Positions 25,240 to 37,898 of a stretch of 64,000 nucleotides of DNA are shown piece after piece (the stretch's first letter is position 1; each line of letters starts with the position of its first letter). The DNA is taken from NCBI GenBank assembly GCA_013239625.1, contig MU056000.1, forward strand, positions 10,801,175 through 10,865,174, read 5' to 3'. This stretch comes from Lama guanicoe. Taxonomy: Eukaryota. The translations under genes were made by a program, and so were the position numbers. Under the pieces are notes generated by a model. It saw only the letters and a program-made list of their open reading frames with translations. It searched no databases and was not told the origin of the DNA.

Positions 25240-25625
25240 AGATAATCTAATATCTAATTCTTATATCATGCTTCCTATGTGCTGCACACTGTTCCAGCTG
25301 CTCAACTTATGTTAACTAATTTAATCTTAATAATCTTATGACATAAGAAATATCATTAAAGCATTTTTATAGCCGAGGACACTGGGGCAACAAAGACTCA
25401 AGCAGAATTCCCCAAGGTGGCCCCTCTGCTATTGTGTCTACCAATACCAGGCGTATATCCATATTTATCTTCTGGTGACAAGAAACCCACACTGACTGAC
25501 ACAGTGGAGAAAGTTTCATGGGAGTGATTCAAACCAGGGTGTAGAAAAATGAGGCACCAAGGTGAGTGGTTGGCAAGGTTCATTCAAGGCCCCAAAGTCG
25601 TGGATGGGGCTTGAACCACTGTGTC
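25240..25625 (-). mobile_element. MIR fragments
   Basis: tatgtgctgcacactgttc...atttaatctt...gaggacactggggca; gaaaaatgaggcaccaaggtgagtggttggcaaggt. Confidence 0.6.
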
Positions 25626-28600
25626 TGGAAGACTTTCTTCTAAGCATCTTCTAGACCTTCTGCCGAGGTCTTTTTTCCTCCCCTTCCTCACACAAATATT
25701 TAAGACTTTCCACATATGGAAGTCAAGTCAGCAAATAACAGAATTATTTGCAGTGTGTGGCCTACCCTGACATGGAAAATGTGGGTTTCCCCAAGTCAGC
25801 ATCCTTCTGTTGGCTCCTTGTCTTCATCTGGGCAGCTCCTTTCATCCTGACCTGGTGATGGGCCACTTCCTGGCTGCGTGGCCCCATTTAGGGGGCACCT
25901 GGCCTTTAGCTAAACCTCTGTGAGGTCGGAACCCTTGTTTTGTGAAGAACAAAAGAGTCTTATGCAAGGACATTCACAGGAAAGATGAACCCCCGTGCCC
26001 TGTGCTGCCACGCACAGTTCCTTGAAATGTTAGGAACGGGCACTTTTAACAAAGCTCGCTCCTTACCACTCCCACGACTTATCTGTTCTGACTCTGTGCT
26101 TCTCATTAACAGCAAATGGAAATGCTATGGGTAGATATGGGTCATCGTGGAAAAAAAAAATCATAGCTGTCACTGCCTTCTATAATCTAGTCTTTCATTA
26201 TACAAATCTCAGCCCTTATCTTTTTTCCCTCCTGAGTAAAGTGCTTTGGGGATGTGTGAGCGTGTGTTTATAAGTCTCAGCCAATAAAGACAAAGTTTGA
26301 GGAGGAAAATCCTATAATTTTAGAATTCCAACTGTGAGAAAAGGAAAAAGGTCATTTTGATTAGGACGCCATGTGCTGCAAATGGAAACTTCTGGATTTT
26401 GCTTAAATCCTCCCTCATCGGAAGAAACACCCTTGTTCATTTGTTCCTTTCGGCCCTAATCTACAGAATGACATTTTCTTGGTTTGATCATTTCTTTATC
26501 AACGGCAGATGCATTTCCCCTCTTCCTTCAGTAAATAGCATTTTAATTCAAGAGTCTGTTGTTTAAACTGCGCTTTGCTAATGAGTCATCAAACGAGGGG
26601 AGCTGGTGCGCTGTTAATTTTTTTTTTTCCAAAGCGAACACATTGAGCCGTCTGGAGGGCATCTTCAGCCCACATGTAACTTGTTAAAAGTTCATTAAGG
26701 GACTCCAAAATTGAATTTGTTTGTGGAACTAGTGTTTATATTTCTCTAGTTGATGATTTATCACTTAAGTTACAGTAGCGCTTCTCATAAGATGCAGGCA
26801 GCCTGTGGACTGTGACTCAGACTTACCCCTATTTCTTGGTGTCCTGGTTTTCAGGTCACCTGGATGTGGACCATCCCATTTGCTTGGAAGTTTCCTGGCT
26901 GCCATTCCAGAAGGAAATGTCCTTGTAAAGGCAGAATCTGTAACATAAGCAGTTTCAAGCACAGAGATTTAAGAGCAAATTAGTGGCTTACTTTGTCTGA
27001 AAAAGGAAACTAAAATGTCATGACAGTCTCTCATATGATGTGCTTAGCAGATTTGGGAAACCTTGGCAGTTTATACGCTTGAAAACTGGACAAATGCAAT
27101 TTGCTAGCTCTGTTGTAGTTTGCCAAGCATTTGCATGCATGTAATTTTCTGGACCCTAAGAACAACTCTGGGAGACAAGAAGAGGACAATTATTTCTTTA
27201 TGTAAACGTGCCAACCAGGTTCCAGGAGGTCAGGAGCCTAGCCTTCCATTCACTTGGTCGTTGCAGACAGACGTTCTAATCGGCTGAAGCAGTTTGGAAA
27301 AAGTGCTTCAACTTCAAGACTAGTTCTTTCTCCATTTCCTCATTTTTAGCTAAGATTTTCTGTTCCCCGGATCACGGATGCCAATTTTAGAATTAAAGTT
27401 CTACTAGGAAATGGTTCTCACCTGTGGGTGTGAAGGTGGAAACTCCTCTCCTCTTTACAGTAGTTTCCATGTGAAGGTGTTAGGCAGTTAGATGGAAATG
27501 AGCATCCGGCAAGGGGAGAGGAGGGGGGACAGAACAATCCGGAAGATAGCAGTAGGCCTGCTCTCTGGATAAGGGGCTTCAAAGAGTTTACTTTCTCTAA
27601 GTGAAGGCCAACAAAGAAGCCAGTTAGATTTGAACACGGTGGCTGCACAGTAGAGAGAAGGACCCAGCTTAACACGACCCAATGCTCATTATAATGTAAC
27701 TAGCGCTGTAGTTTGGCCCCCGCCCCCCGTAGGTTTTTCTGTGTGCATTGTGGGTAAGAGCATGCACAAAAGAGATGGGCGTGCCTGAGCGCTCAAGCAA
27801 CGTGAGTTGTCAGTCAATCACGAGAACAGGAGAAACCAAGGAGAGCCACCATTCTCCTGTCTTGGGTTGGCCCGCCTTCAGTTCTCGGTGGTGTACTATA
27901 CTAACTTTTGCTGTACTAATAACATTTTCTGTTTATGTCACACTGTCAGTCTCCAATTTAAACTTTTTTTTCTCAGATAAGACAAAGAACAGAGGCCTTT
28001 TTTACCCTCCTCGTGACAACAAAGGGACTCCCATTAGAGCAAAATTCTTGGACTAATACTTTGGCCTTCACTGAAAAAAGGTCTCATGAATTTTGGGGAA
28101 GTCACTGGGCGACTTACACCAATTTTTTTTGAGGGGGATCAATATTAAAGATGAAAATCTGGTATCTGTGTCCTGGACCCAGTGTTTATACTCCACAGTT
28201 CTGAATTTAGTCTGGGAAGTTATGGTGCCTGATTTTTATTAGAACTCCCATTTCCGTCCCTTAACCTTGACCCACAAAACAGTAACAAAAGAGTTTTTTC
28301 CCTTGAATCAAATTGCTGGGTTGGCATCCATTTACTTTTCAGATTTTTATGGTTGGGGGAGTGTGGTAAAACTGAAAGATGCCTTTAAAATGTGTCATTG
28401 ATATGCTAACTTATAACCAACTCAGGAATTTTTTTTTTTTGGCAGGGGTAGTGACAATGTCTTCTCCTTGGTAGCTTCCTGGACATAGTTTAGTCCCCAT
28501 CGTTGAGTAGGTTGAGTTGGACTGAATAGGAATTGTAGTTATAACTATGACTGCCTCTCTTTGTGTGCAACTATTCTAACTGAAAATTATACTATCTGTC

Positions 28601-28849
28601 CTTTTATATTGCTTAAAGAAATGGTAAATATCTGTACTATTGATTGCATAAGTTAGAGTTGCTTGTTGCAGAATGCAAAATATATGAGTGACAAAAGAAA
28701 ATTATCAACAGACATCAGAGCCAGCAGAATTGCATTCAGTTTGCCATTTTCCCCTCAAACCATGGATAGACTGGCTTTGGAAAAAAGATGTGTTTGAAGA
28801 AAACTTCACTGAAGTTTTAAAAATAACTTTCAATGCTATTTAAAAATAT

Positions 28850-29922
28850 TTAAATTTTGTTTATCTGTTCATCCACCAATAGACACTTTGGCCATTATAA
28901 ATAGTGCTGCTATGTATAGAATTGTACAAATATCTTTTAGAGACCCCACTTTCAATTCTTTTGGGTATATGCTCAGAATTTAAATTGTTAGATCCTACAG
29001 TACTTTTATTTTTAATTTTTTTTTAAAACTGTCATACTGTTTTCTGTGGTGGCTGTACCATTTTGCATTTCCACCAACAGTGCACAAGGATCCCAATTTC
29101 TCACATCCTCATCAATGCTTGTTGCTCTGTCTTTTGTTTTTTAATAGCAGGCATCCTAATGAGCATGAGGTGGCATTTCATTGTGTTTTTGATTTCTGTT
29201 TCCCTAACGATTGGTGATGTTGAGCGTCTTTTCATGTGTTTATTGACCATTTGTACATCTTTGGAGAAATGTCTATTCAAGTCCTTTTCCAGTTTTGAAT
29301 TTGTTTGTTGTTGAGTTGAGAAAGTTCTCTCTATATTCTGAATATTAACCTCTTACCGTATATATAACTTACATATATTTTCTCCAGTTTGGTGGGTGGG
29401 TTGTCTTCTCACTATGTTGATTGTTTCTTTTGATGAGTAAAAGTTTTAAAGTTCAATGTAGTCCCATTTGTTTATTTTTGCTTTTACTGCCTGAGTTTCA
29501 GTGTCATATCCAAGACACTGTTGCCAAATCCTTAGTCATGAAGGTTTCCCTCTATGTTTTCTTCTAAGAGTGTTATAGTGTTAGTTTTTATTTTCTGGTC
29601 TTTGATCCATTTTGAGTTAATTTTTTATATGTGGTGTAAAGTAAGGGTCCAGCTTCCTTCTTTTGCAAATGAGTATCAAGTTTTTCCAACACTATTTGTT
29701 GAAAAGATGGTCCTTTCCCCATTGGATAATATTGGCATTCTTGTCAAAAATCAATTTTCCACACATACAGAGGTTTATTTCTGAGCTGTCTATTCTATTC
29801 CATTGTCCTAGATACCTAACTTTATGCCAGCACCACACTATTCTGATTACTGTAGCTTTGTAATAAGTTTTGAACTCAAGACTTGTGAGTCCTCCAACTT
29901 TGTTCTTTTCCAAGTTTTGGCT
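28850..29922 (-). mobile_element. L1 ORF2 3' region, decayed; 3' UTR absent
   Basis: ORF 29692-29928(-) GGLTSLEFKTYYKATVIRIVWCWHK...QWNRI...LIFDK...QWGKDHLFNK is L1 ORF2. Confidence 0.95.
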
Positions 29923-30079
29923 TAACATTATTTTAAAATCAAATTTGTACTAAATTTACATCATAGTGGTTTTTATTCCCTACTTACTGGAAACAATTTC
30001 CCCTTGAAAGGGCTTTTTTGGCAATAAATTAATAGAAATCTGTTGGCTATTTTAGGTACATTGTTTCTTTAAGATTACC

Positions 30080-30225
30080 AGGTCTGAGTCTGCTACCAAT
30101 AAGTGATTGAATCTTCACACAAGTCACTTAACTTGATAAAGATCTTAGTTTCTCCCTTTAGTGAAACTTCAGTGAAATGTGAAGATTTGACAAGATAAGC
30201 CTTAGAGTCTCTTTCAGCTTTTTTA
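30080..30225 (+). mobile_element. MIR/MIR3 SINE
   Basis: caagtcacttaacttg...agtttctccc...ttgacaagataagccttagagtctctttcagct. Confidence 0.6.
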
Positions 30226-31239
30226 AAAGTCCAAGTCTTTGCAAAGCAGATCTGCATTCTGCTGTTTGCTGAAGGATTATTCCTTTTGATTTAATATAAA
30301 TGCTCTACACTTGTTGAATCTTTTTGCTTGTTTTTCATGGCATGTGCCCAAATGATCTGCACATACATGTATATGTGAAATTCTTTCCTCTGATGAGCAT
30401 AACTGAGAATCTCAAATGTGGAGCCAACTGGGCTCCTAAGATGCGAAGACAAAGCAACTTTATTTTTTCTTATCACTTCCCATTAAACTTCATCTATGGA
30501 AGAGCTCTTTCTCAGCTTTGGTTAAAGTCTTGGGCATCTCAGCAGATCTTGTTCTTCTTAGATGATTGAAAGTTCACTCCAGTGGAAAAACCACATGACG
30601 TCATCTTTTCAGTTCTACTTTAGAGCTTCTCCTCTCCCCTGGTCCAGGGCAGTCTCTGACTCAGATGCCTCAGTAGGTGTCATGGAGAGAAATGCTGACA
30701 CTGTCACTGGCTGGCTCTCTCTTTTCAGTCTCCACCCCCTTCCTCACTCACTAGTTGCTCTTTGGAGCCATAGACGAAGAGAGATTAGAAGGAAAGATAA
30801 GGAAAATTTTACTTTCCTGGTAGAATTGTAGTCTGGTATTGGGTCCATCCAAGGTGGTAGCTTCCAGATGCTGATTCTTTTCTTGTTGCATGCATCCTTG
30901 TCCCTGCAAACTCTGAAAGTTCAGTTCATTACCTCACAGCCCACTTTCTCATCTTTAGGCAGGTGGAAATCAGGTAGCCATCTCCTTGACTCCCAAACTC
31001 TTGAGGATAGGGTTAGTCTATCCATGGAGTTCTCTTAAAACCCTTCTCAACTGGCTGACAGGGAAAGGAAGACAAGTAGAGCAGATCAGAGTACTGTCTG
31101 CAAAGAAGGTCCTCTTTACTGGATTCATCAAGACCCAGGGGGTGCTCTGTTTTCTTCTATACAGCCTGGAGGGAAGCAGAGGGTCCATGCCTACAAAGCT
31201 ATTTCATTTCTTGCCCTGTTCTTCCAGGGTGCTCAAGAC

Positions 31240-31395
31240 TCTTGCTATTCAAAGTGTAGTCCTCGGACCACAGGCATTGGCTTCATTTGGGATCTTATGA
31301 AACATGCAAACATTGAGCCCCAATGCCACCTTACGGCACCTGCATTGCAACAAGATACCCAAGTGATTTTGATACTCATTAAAATCGGAGAGCTA
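31240..31395 (+). mobile_element. MER5A1-like hAT element
   Basis: tgctattcaaagtgtagtcctcggaccacaggcatt...caacaagatacccaagtgatt. Confidence 0.8.
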
Positions 31396-31948
31396 ACGAT
31401 CAGGAACTTAGAGTGGATGATGCCTATAAAAGTGCTTAGGAACTTCTGCTGAGACGGGCACACTGATACACACACATGCACCATAAGGTTCTAAATAATG
31501 AAATACTGAGACAGGAAATGGGTGAAAAATGAACTAAAAGAAAAGATGAGGTGGCACATTTTTTACACAAATTATGTCACATGGAATATATTTTAGGGTT
31601 AGCAAGAGTCTCATCTGATGCCATCACATTGGCATGTGTGTTTTATTTTCAGCCGTGTCTCAGTTGCATGCTGTTTTTCCCCCATCTTTTCTTAATTGCT
31701 TTTTTTCCCCTATCATGTCTCAGTCTTCACCCTCGTAAACCCCTGATTCTAAGTCAGCAGTTGGGATTCTTTATTTGTTTAAGTCATATGATTCAGGGAT
31801 TTCTTTTTGTAAACTTGGTAAACTTTTCCACATTTCCAGTTACATTGTTAGTGGGTTTGGAGGATTTTTTTCCATTTATAGAACACTTATTGAAGTTGTT
31901 GCATCTTGGAATTGTTAACCATTCAGTTATGTGTCATAAAAATATGGT

Positions 31949-31949
<1 letters not shown>

Positions 31950-31982
<33 letters not shown>
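31950..31982. repeat. Interrupted (TG)n microsatellite
   Basis: Directly visible. Confidence 0.95.
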
Positions 31983-32440
31983 CATGTAAAGAGAGTCAGT
32001 TGAAATAATTACAAAGAAATTCCCTGAATTAGAAGTTTTGTTGTTGAGGTTAAATAAAACTGCAATTTGTCGATTTGTCAGTGGGCCAGTGTGCACTGCT
32101 TACACATTAGAAACACACACAGTTCAACATTTTTGTTTCCTTTAATTTTAACTGACTTATCTGAAAAGCTTTGGGCTGGACTTAATTTCTGTACACCATC
32201 TGTTTTAACCACTACATTTTAGACCATTCTGTTCGGCTCAGGCACATGGGGTGCAGTTACTTCCCCATCACTCATCTGAATGCAGCTGTTTATATTGCAT
32301 TTTGTCCAATTAAACTTGTTTTGATATACTTTCATCTCCTCCTTCTTCTTTTTCATCTTTTATTTCATCTTCTTTTCCTCTTGCTCCTCCTCCTTCTTCT
32401 GGCAAATAAATCCTTTACCTCTGTTTACAGTTTTTAATAG

Positions 32441-32455
32441 TTGAGGAAGATTAAG
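32441..32455 (+). other. Candidate micro-exon (15 nt; 25 nt if the upstream AG is used)
   Basis: tttacag|tttttaatag|TTGAGGAAGATTAAG|gtaagc after a long pyrimidine tract with no AG. Confidence 0.3.
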
Positions 32456-32935
32456 GTAAGCAAACAAGGATTTCTTCCAGTTCCCTTTCTCAGATTAATG
32501 TAGGTCTCTCGGAAAAATATTTGAGAGAATTATGTGCAACTGAGGAAGCATTTAAATATTGTTTCCTCACCAGAGATGCTTAGATCCACAGCTTTATCAC
32601 TAATGATGGAATCATGAGAGAGAAGCGTTGTTTCCTGTTCAAATTATTCGGCCATCAAGAAAGCTGATAGGCAGCTTGGCAAAGGTTTCCTTCTCCCTGG
32701 GCCATCATGCAGGCCCAGGGGAGGAGGGCGGGGTTGGGAGGAGTGTGTTCTCTTTCCAGAAACTTTGACACTGTCCTAGTTAATTTGCTGCCTTCCCTAC
32801 TATGCCGTAAGTCCTGTCCCATTTGTAACACTTTTGTAAAAAAATAGGAAATCATGGCCTGGGGCTGGGTCTAAGTGAGGTCAAGTTTCCATTCGGGAGA
32901 GGAGCAGGGTTGTGTGGGTTTCCCAGCATGTGACT

Positions 32936-33055
32936 GTTTTCTCTTTCTCTTTCTTTCTTCCTTTCTTCCTTTCTTCCTTTCTTTCTCTCTTCTTTCCTTT
33001 CTTCCTTCTTCTTTTCTGTCTTTCTTCCTCCATCTTCTCCTCCTCTTCTTTTTTG
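32936..33055. repeat. (TTTC/CTT)n pyrimidine tract
   Basis: Directly visible. Confidence 0.9.
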
Positions 33056-33382
33056 TTTAATAGACTTTCTTTTCTAGTCTTATTGGTGTCACTCATGATT
33101 TCTGCCTCCTACCTGTTTTGGATGCAACTATAGCAGATATCTGGTGCCCCAGACATATCCTTGCAACCATTCTAGGGGTCACCTACCAGTAATTCCTGTA
33201 CACTTAGATGGTTCTGTGTATCTCTCTGCCTGAGTGTGGTCTCTGGTAGAGGGAACAAAGCAGAAGCCAAGGTAAGTAAGGCTTCATGAAGGAACCTTAT
33301 CTAATAAGGGATGAGAGTTGGTTGACAATCACCCCAGCTTCCTTGCCCACTGGACGGGACAGTTCTGTGCTGGGGCTTACAC

Positions 33383-33588
33383 CAGCACTGTCCAACAGAA
33401 CCTTCTGTGATGGTGGAAACGTCCTGTCACCTGTCCTGTCCGATAGGGCAGCTATTAGCCACACTTGGCTACTGAGCCTTTGGAATGTGGCTACTGAGAA
33501 TAAAGAACTGAATTTTAAATTTTAGTTAATTTAAATTCAGATTTAAGTAGCCACACATGACTAGTAGCTACCATGTTGGACAGCGCAC
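33383..33588 (+). mobile_element. MER3 hAT-Charlie element
   Basis: cagcactgtccaacagaaccttctgtgatggtggaaa...tagccacacatgactagtagctaccatgttggacagcgca. Confidence 0.9.
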
Positions 33589-33728
33589 ACACACCACCTC
33601 TCAGAGTCCTGGGCAGGACTGAGCATCAGTTGCCTGTTGTGTTAACCCACATGGCATACCTCTCGCTGGCTTTCCTCCTTCCCTGTCTCATGTTCTCACT
33701 CCTCCATAATCCCTGGAATTACCTCCTC

Positions 33729-34226
33729 TGATGGTTGGCTTTATGTATCAACTTGATTGGGCTAAGGGATGCCACAATAGCTGCTAAAACCTTATTTCTG
33801 GGGTGTCTGTGAGGGTGTTTCCAGAAAAGACTAGCGTTTGAATCCACAGACTGAGTAAAGATCACTCACACCAAAGCAGGTAGGCATCAGCCAATCTGTC
33901 AAGGGCCTGGCTAGAACCAAAAAGTGGAGGAGGTGTGAGTGTGCATGCTCCTTCAGCTGGGGCATCTGTCTTCTTCTGCCCTAAGTTCCATGCTACTTTC
34001 TTGGCCCTTCAGACTCGGACCGGGACTTACATCATTGGCTCCATGAGTCCTCAGGCTTTTGATTTGGACTGGAACTACACCAGGGCTTTCCAGGGCATCA
34101 ACTTGCACATGGCAGACCATCAGATTTTCCAGCCTCCACAATCATTTGAACTAAGCTGTCATATTACAGTAAATCTCTTTCTGTGTATATCCTAATTTTC
34201 ATATTTCTCTAGAGAAGCCTGCCCAT
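33729..34226 (+). mobile_element. MLT2 (ERVL) solo LTR
   Basis: tgatggttggctttatgtatcaacttgattgggctaagggatgcc...gggtgtctgtgagggtgtttccaga...tttctctagagaagcctg. Confidence 0.9.
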
Positions 34227-35279
34227 ATTCCCCCAAAACTACTGGGGGGAAATTCTTTTCTCAGGATCTGTTCTGAGGGGACCCCAACCTAAGAAATACT
34301 TACACTCAGCCTAAGTCCCATTCTGTTTCTCTGCTAATGTCTCTGAAGTTCGTCATACGCCTCTGTGCTCCTGCAACCCAGTGGGTCTAAGTGTATTACG
34401 ATGTCGATGTGGGACTCTCCCCACGCACAGCGCAGGCATAAATGCAGTGCTGTGATGAGTGGAAACAAGCTTCAGGTGATTGCTTACATTCTCATGGGCC
34501 ACCTTTTGAGACTCTAGTGTGTGCTATAGCTGAAATACAGAAGAAATAATTTTCTTTATTTTCCCTGACTTTTGTTTTATTACCAAAGGAATGCACAGAA
34601 ATCAGATGACTTACATATGCTCTGGAGCTTTTGCTGTAGGTCACATGCATCTCTTATAGGGAAATAAAAAGATAAGATGAAATAGAAATGGCTATTGCAT
34701 ATTCAAAGGAAGACATTTTTCAAAAGACTAAAACAGTCTACTTGCGAAGAAAAACATATTACCTTGTTCAAACTAACCATTTCTAAGTTCCCTACCTGCT
34801 TAGGAATGATGTTTGCTGTAGAGAAAGCAAAGGCACAGGTGAACACACCTTGAGCTTTGAACATACTTGATGCTCCCTTCCCAGCACATCTCTTGGTGCC
34901 CCTCCAGTCTCACTGTGCACGTAGTCTTGCTCTGTCTGTACTCACTTCTTGGTCTGTTGGGTATTTGTATTAATGTACAGCAGATTTACTGAGTGCAAGA
35001 ATTCCTAAGCCAAAGTTCACTTTGGCATTCCTATAACCATGCAGGAAGCTTTGATGATGTGAGGGGGATTCCTGAATTAAACTCAGGTGATGATTAACCA
35101 GCCAAGAAAAGTATTTTACTTTCAGGAAGCAATAAGCTGTTTGTCACTTTAAGATGATAACATTAAAATAAACATAAAGGCACATTACTTTTGAATATGT
35201 TTGAGATTTCCTGTTATCTGTTGTCATTTTATAATTTTTTCCTGTTACTTTTATTCCTTATTTATTCTAATCCTAAAAT

Positions 35280-36465
35280 CGGAAAGGAGGAAGCAAATGA
35301 GACATTATTGTCAGATGACATAACTGTGTACAGAGAAAATCCTAAAGAATGTACAAACTGTTAGAATTCACAAGTGAACTGAGCAAGCCTTCTCAATTAT
35401 TTTTCTTTTAAAATATGTATATATATTATTGAGGTATAATTGACATACAATATTATATTAGTTTCAGAAGTCATAGTGATTTGATCAATTATATTTCTAT
35501 ACATTAGCAACAAACAAAGAAAAATTAAAGAAGACTCTATAAATGGAAAGGCATTGACTGGAAAATTCAATATTATTAAGACACTAATCATCCCCAAATT
35601 GTTTCTTAAAGTAAAGCAATACCATTCCATATCCAAGTGAAAAGTTTTGTGTGTGTGCAGAACTTGACAAGCTGATTACAAAATTTATTTGGAAGTGCAA
35701 AAGGCCAAGAACACACTAGGCAGTCTTGAAAAAGGTGGCAAAACTGGAGTGCTTAACCTAAAGCTATGGGAATCACAGCTGTGGTGTTGGATATAAGAAA
35801 AGATAAAATGTCCAATAGAAGAGAAGAGCACCCACAAACAGACGATGATGTACACTTTTATCTGACTTATGGTAAATTCAACACTGCAGTGCAGTGGAAA
35901 AAAAAAAAGGATCGTCTATTAGATAGTGATATGGAAAAGAAATGTATGTTGCCCCTACCTCACACCATACAAAAAGTAAATTCCAGGTGCTTTGTAGATT
36001 GAAGTGTGAAAGCTTTAACAAAACAATAAAGCTTCTAAAGGCCAAACATTTAAGTTTCATTTTCCTGATCATGGCATTGGTAAATATTTCTTTGAAAAAA
36101 GTATCAACATCAAATAAAAACTGATACACTGGACCATGTTAAAATCAGAAACTTCTGTTTACAAAGGTCATCACTGAAAGGGTGAATATTCAACTCAGAG
36201 TGAGGAAAGATATTTGTAATATATATATTCAGAATATATGCATTCAGAAAGAATGCAGCAAATAAGAAAGAAAAATAGAAACAACCAGTAGAAAAGTGGG
36301 TAAGAGACATCACAAAAGAGGTAATCTGAATGGCCAATAAACATGAAAAGTGTTCAGCCTCATTAGTTATTGACAAAATGCAAAATAAAATCACAATGAG
36401 ACACTATAGTACACGTATCAGAATAGCTAAAATGAACAAAGAATGGAAATGCCAAGTGCTGGCTT
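35280..36465 (+). mobile_element. Old L1 ORF2 region, heavily decayed
   Basis: cagatgacataactgtgtacagagaaaatcc; gaacttgacaagctgatt; ORF 36330 MANKHEKCSASLVIDKMQNKITMRHY resembles L1 ORF2. Confidence 0.85.
35407..35484 (-). mobile_element. Very short young L1 3' tail nested in the old L1
   Basis: tattgaggtataattgacatacaatattatattagtttcag; TSD tcaattat(t/a)tttct at 35393-35406 and 35485-35498. Confidence 0.8.
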
Positions 36466-37379
36466 TTTGTTTGGAATGTTTTAAGTTTACAGACTATTTC
36501 AGTAATCTGTGTGATCTCACCTTTTGTCAGGGATAATAAGTTAGATGTTTGTTTAACAGATGAAAATGGACAGCATCCATTGTTGGAGTCCACAGCTTCC
36601 ATGTACATTTCAGTTAGGTTTTCATCTGAAGTGTTAAATGCAGACATGTGTTTTTTTAAATCCGTGGAGGAACTGAATCCTGGAATTACTCAAAAGTTTG
36701 TTTCTGCCAGATATTTAAAGTTGACAAAGGAATCTATTTAATCCCTTTTGTTGAGATCAATGACACAATAATCTGATATTTTATTCTCTCAAAGTCCACT
36801 TCAAAGATATTTTGATAAAGATAATTAATATGTTATGTACATGATTAGAATTCTCAAAAAAGAAAGTATTTTCTTTCTTTTTCTTTTCTCTTTCTTTTAT
36901 CTCCCTTAATTTTTTTTTCTCTTTCTCCTTTTCTTTCTTAAATTCACTTGACTGGAGTGAGAAAAATAATCTCCTGATTGTATTCTAACCAGTAAGTTTC
37001 TCTCTTGTTCAAACACTTTTTCCTTCATTTGCTCTTCCTCTTTCACACATACACAAAAATGTTGGATGAATTTTGTATTCTCCTATCCCATATTCATCAC
37101 TGGATTTTCCTACGTATCTCACTGTCTGTTTAATCCAATCCCAGTTTAGCTTTATAGTAATTTTTTCTCACTTCTTGTGCTTTAGTCACGGCATTGCTTG
37201 GGATGCCCCAAACCTGCTTGGTCTCTGAATCTCCCCTACTTTTGCTTGTAATGCTTCCTTCCTTTGCTGGGGGATGGCTTCCAGCATCTCCCTCCCTTCC
37301 ACTTGCCACAGGTAGATTTTTTCTTCAGGGCCACATTCACATTCTCAGAAGCTGTCTTCACTGTTTTCTCTCTAGCTCT

Positions 37380-37575
37380 GCCCTAGAATCTTTTAGTGCA
37401 TTCTTACAGCATTTACCCCTCAGTCTGTGCTTGGATTAATTCCACTTTAAAAAATGAACTTCTATAGTAAAATTGCATCTCTTGTTGATGTTGATAATTC
37501 CTTAGTATCTAGCATAGTACCTTGCACATAGCAGGTGCCTAAAATATATTTATTGTTGCCATTTGCTGATTCATT
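37380..37575 (+). mobile_element. L2 3' end
   Basis: ccttagtatctagcatagtaccttgcacatagcaggtgcctaaaatatatttattg. Confidence 0.7.
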
Positions 37576-37898
37576 TTGAGATATTTAAATTGATAAAATG
37601 TGTGCTATTAATATTCTCAAAACTTTAAGCATTTGAGGAAATATTATGATTGAAGGGCTTCTAGGGTGTCTGTTAAAAGCATTCTGAATCATATATATTG
37701 GTTAGTGTGGCTGAATCACAGAGTGGTACAGCATTCACTGTGATAATCTGTTTGCATTAAACATTTCTGATGCCAGGAAACCCACATCAATAATTCAGGC
37801 AAATAAGAGAGAAATGGCCAATCCAAATGATAGATTAATTAAACTATATTTTGTTACTATCAAGTACACACAACTACTTGGTTTAGGTATATTAAATT

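Larger units (their letters stand above)
33140..34276 (+). mobile_element. LTR16-like ERVL solo LTR carrying nested MER3 and MLT2
   Basis: gggatgagagttggttgacaatcaccccagcttccttgccc; terminus ctcaggatctgttctgaggggaccccaacctaaga. Confidence 0.7.

Noticed and set aside
29063..29928. Functional L1 ORF2 / reverse transcriptase gene
   Set aside because: Short, interrupted fragments only; no intact ORF in any L1 copy here.
31551..32003. 150-aa hydrophobic ORF
   Set aside because: GTG start, T-rich bias, ends in (TG)n, and no recognisable domain.
32875..33133. Phe/Leu-rich and Lys/Glu-rich ORFs
   Set aside because: Produced by the TTTC tract.
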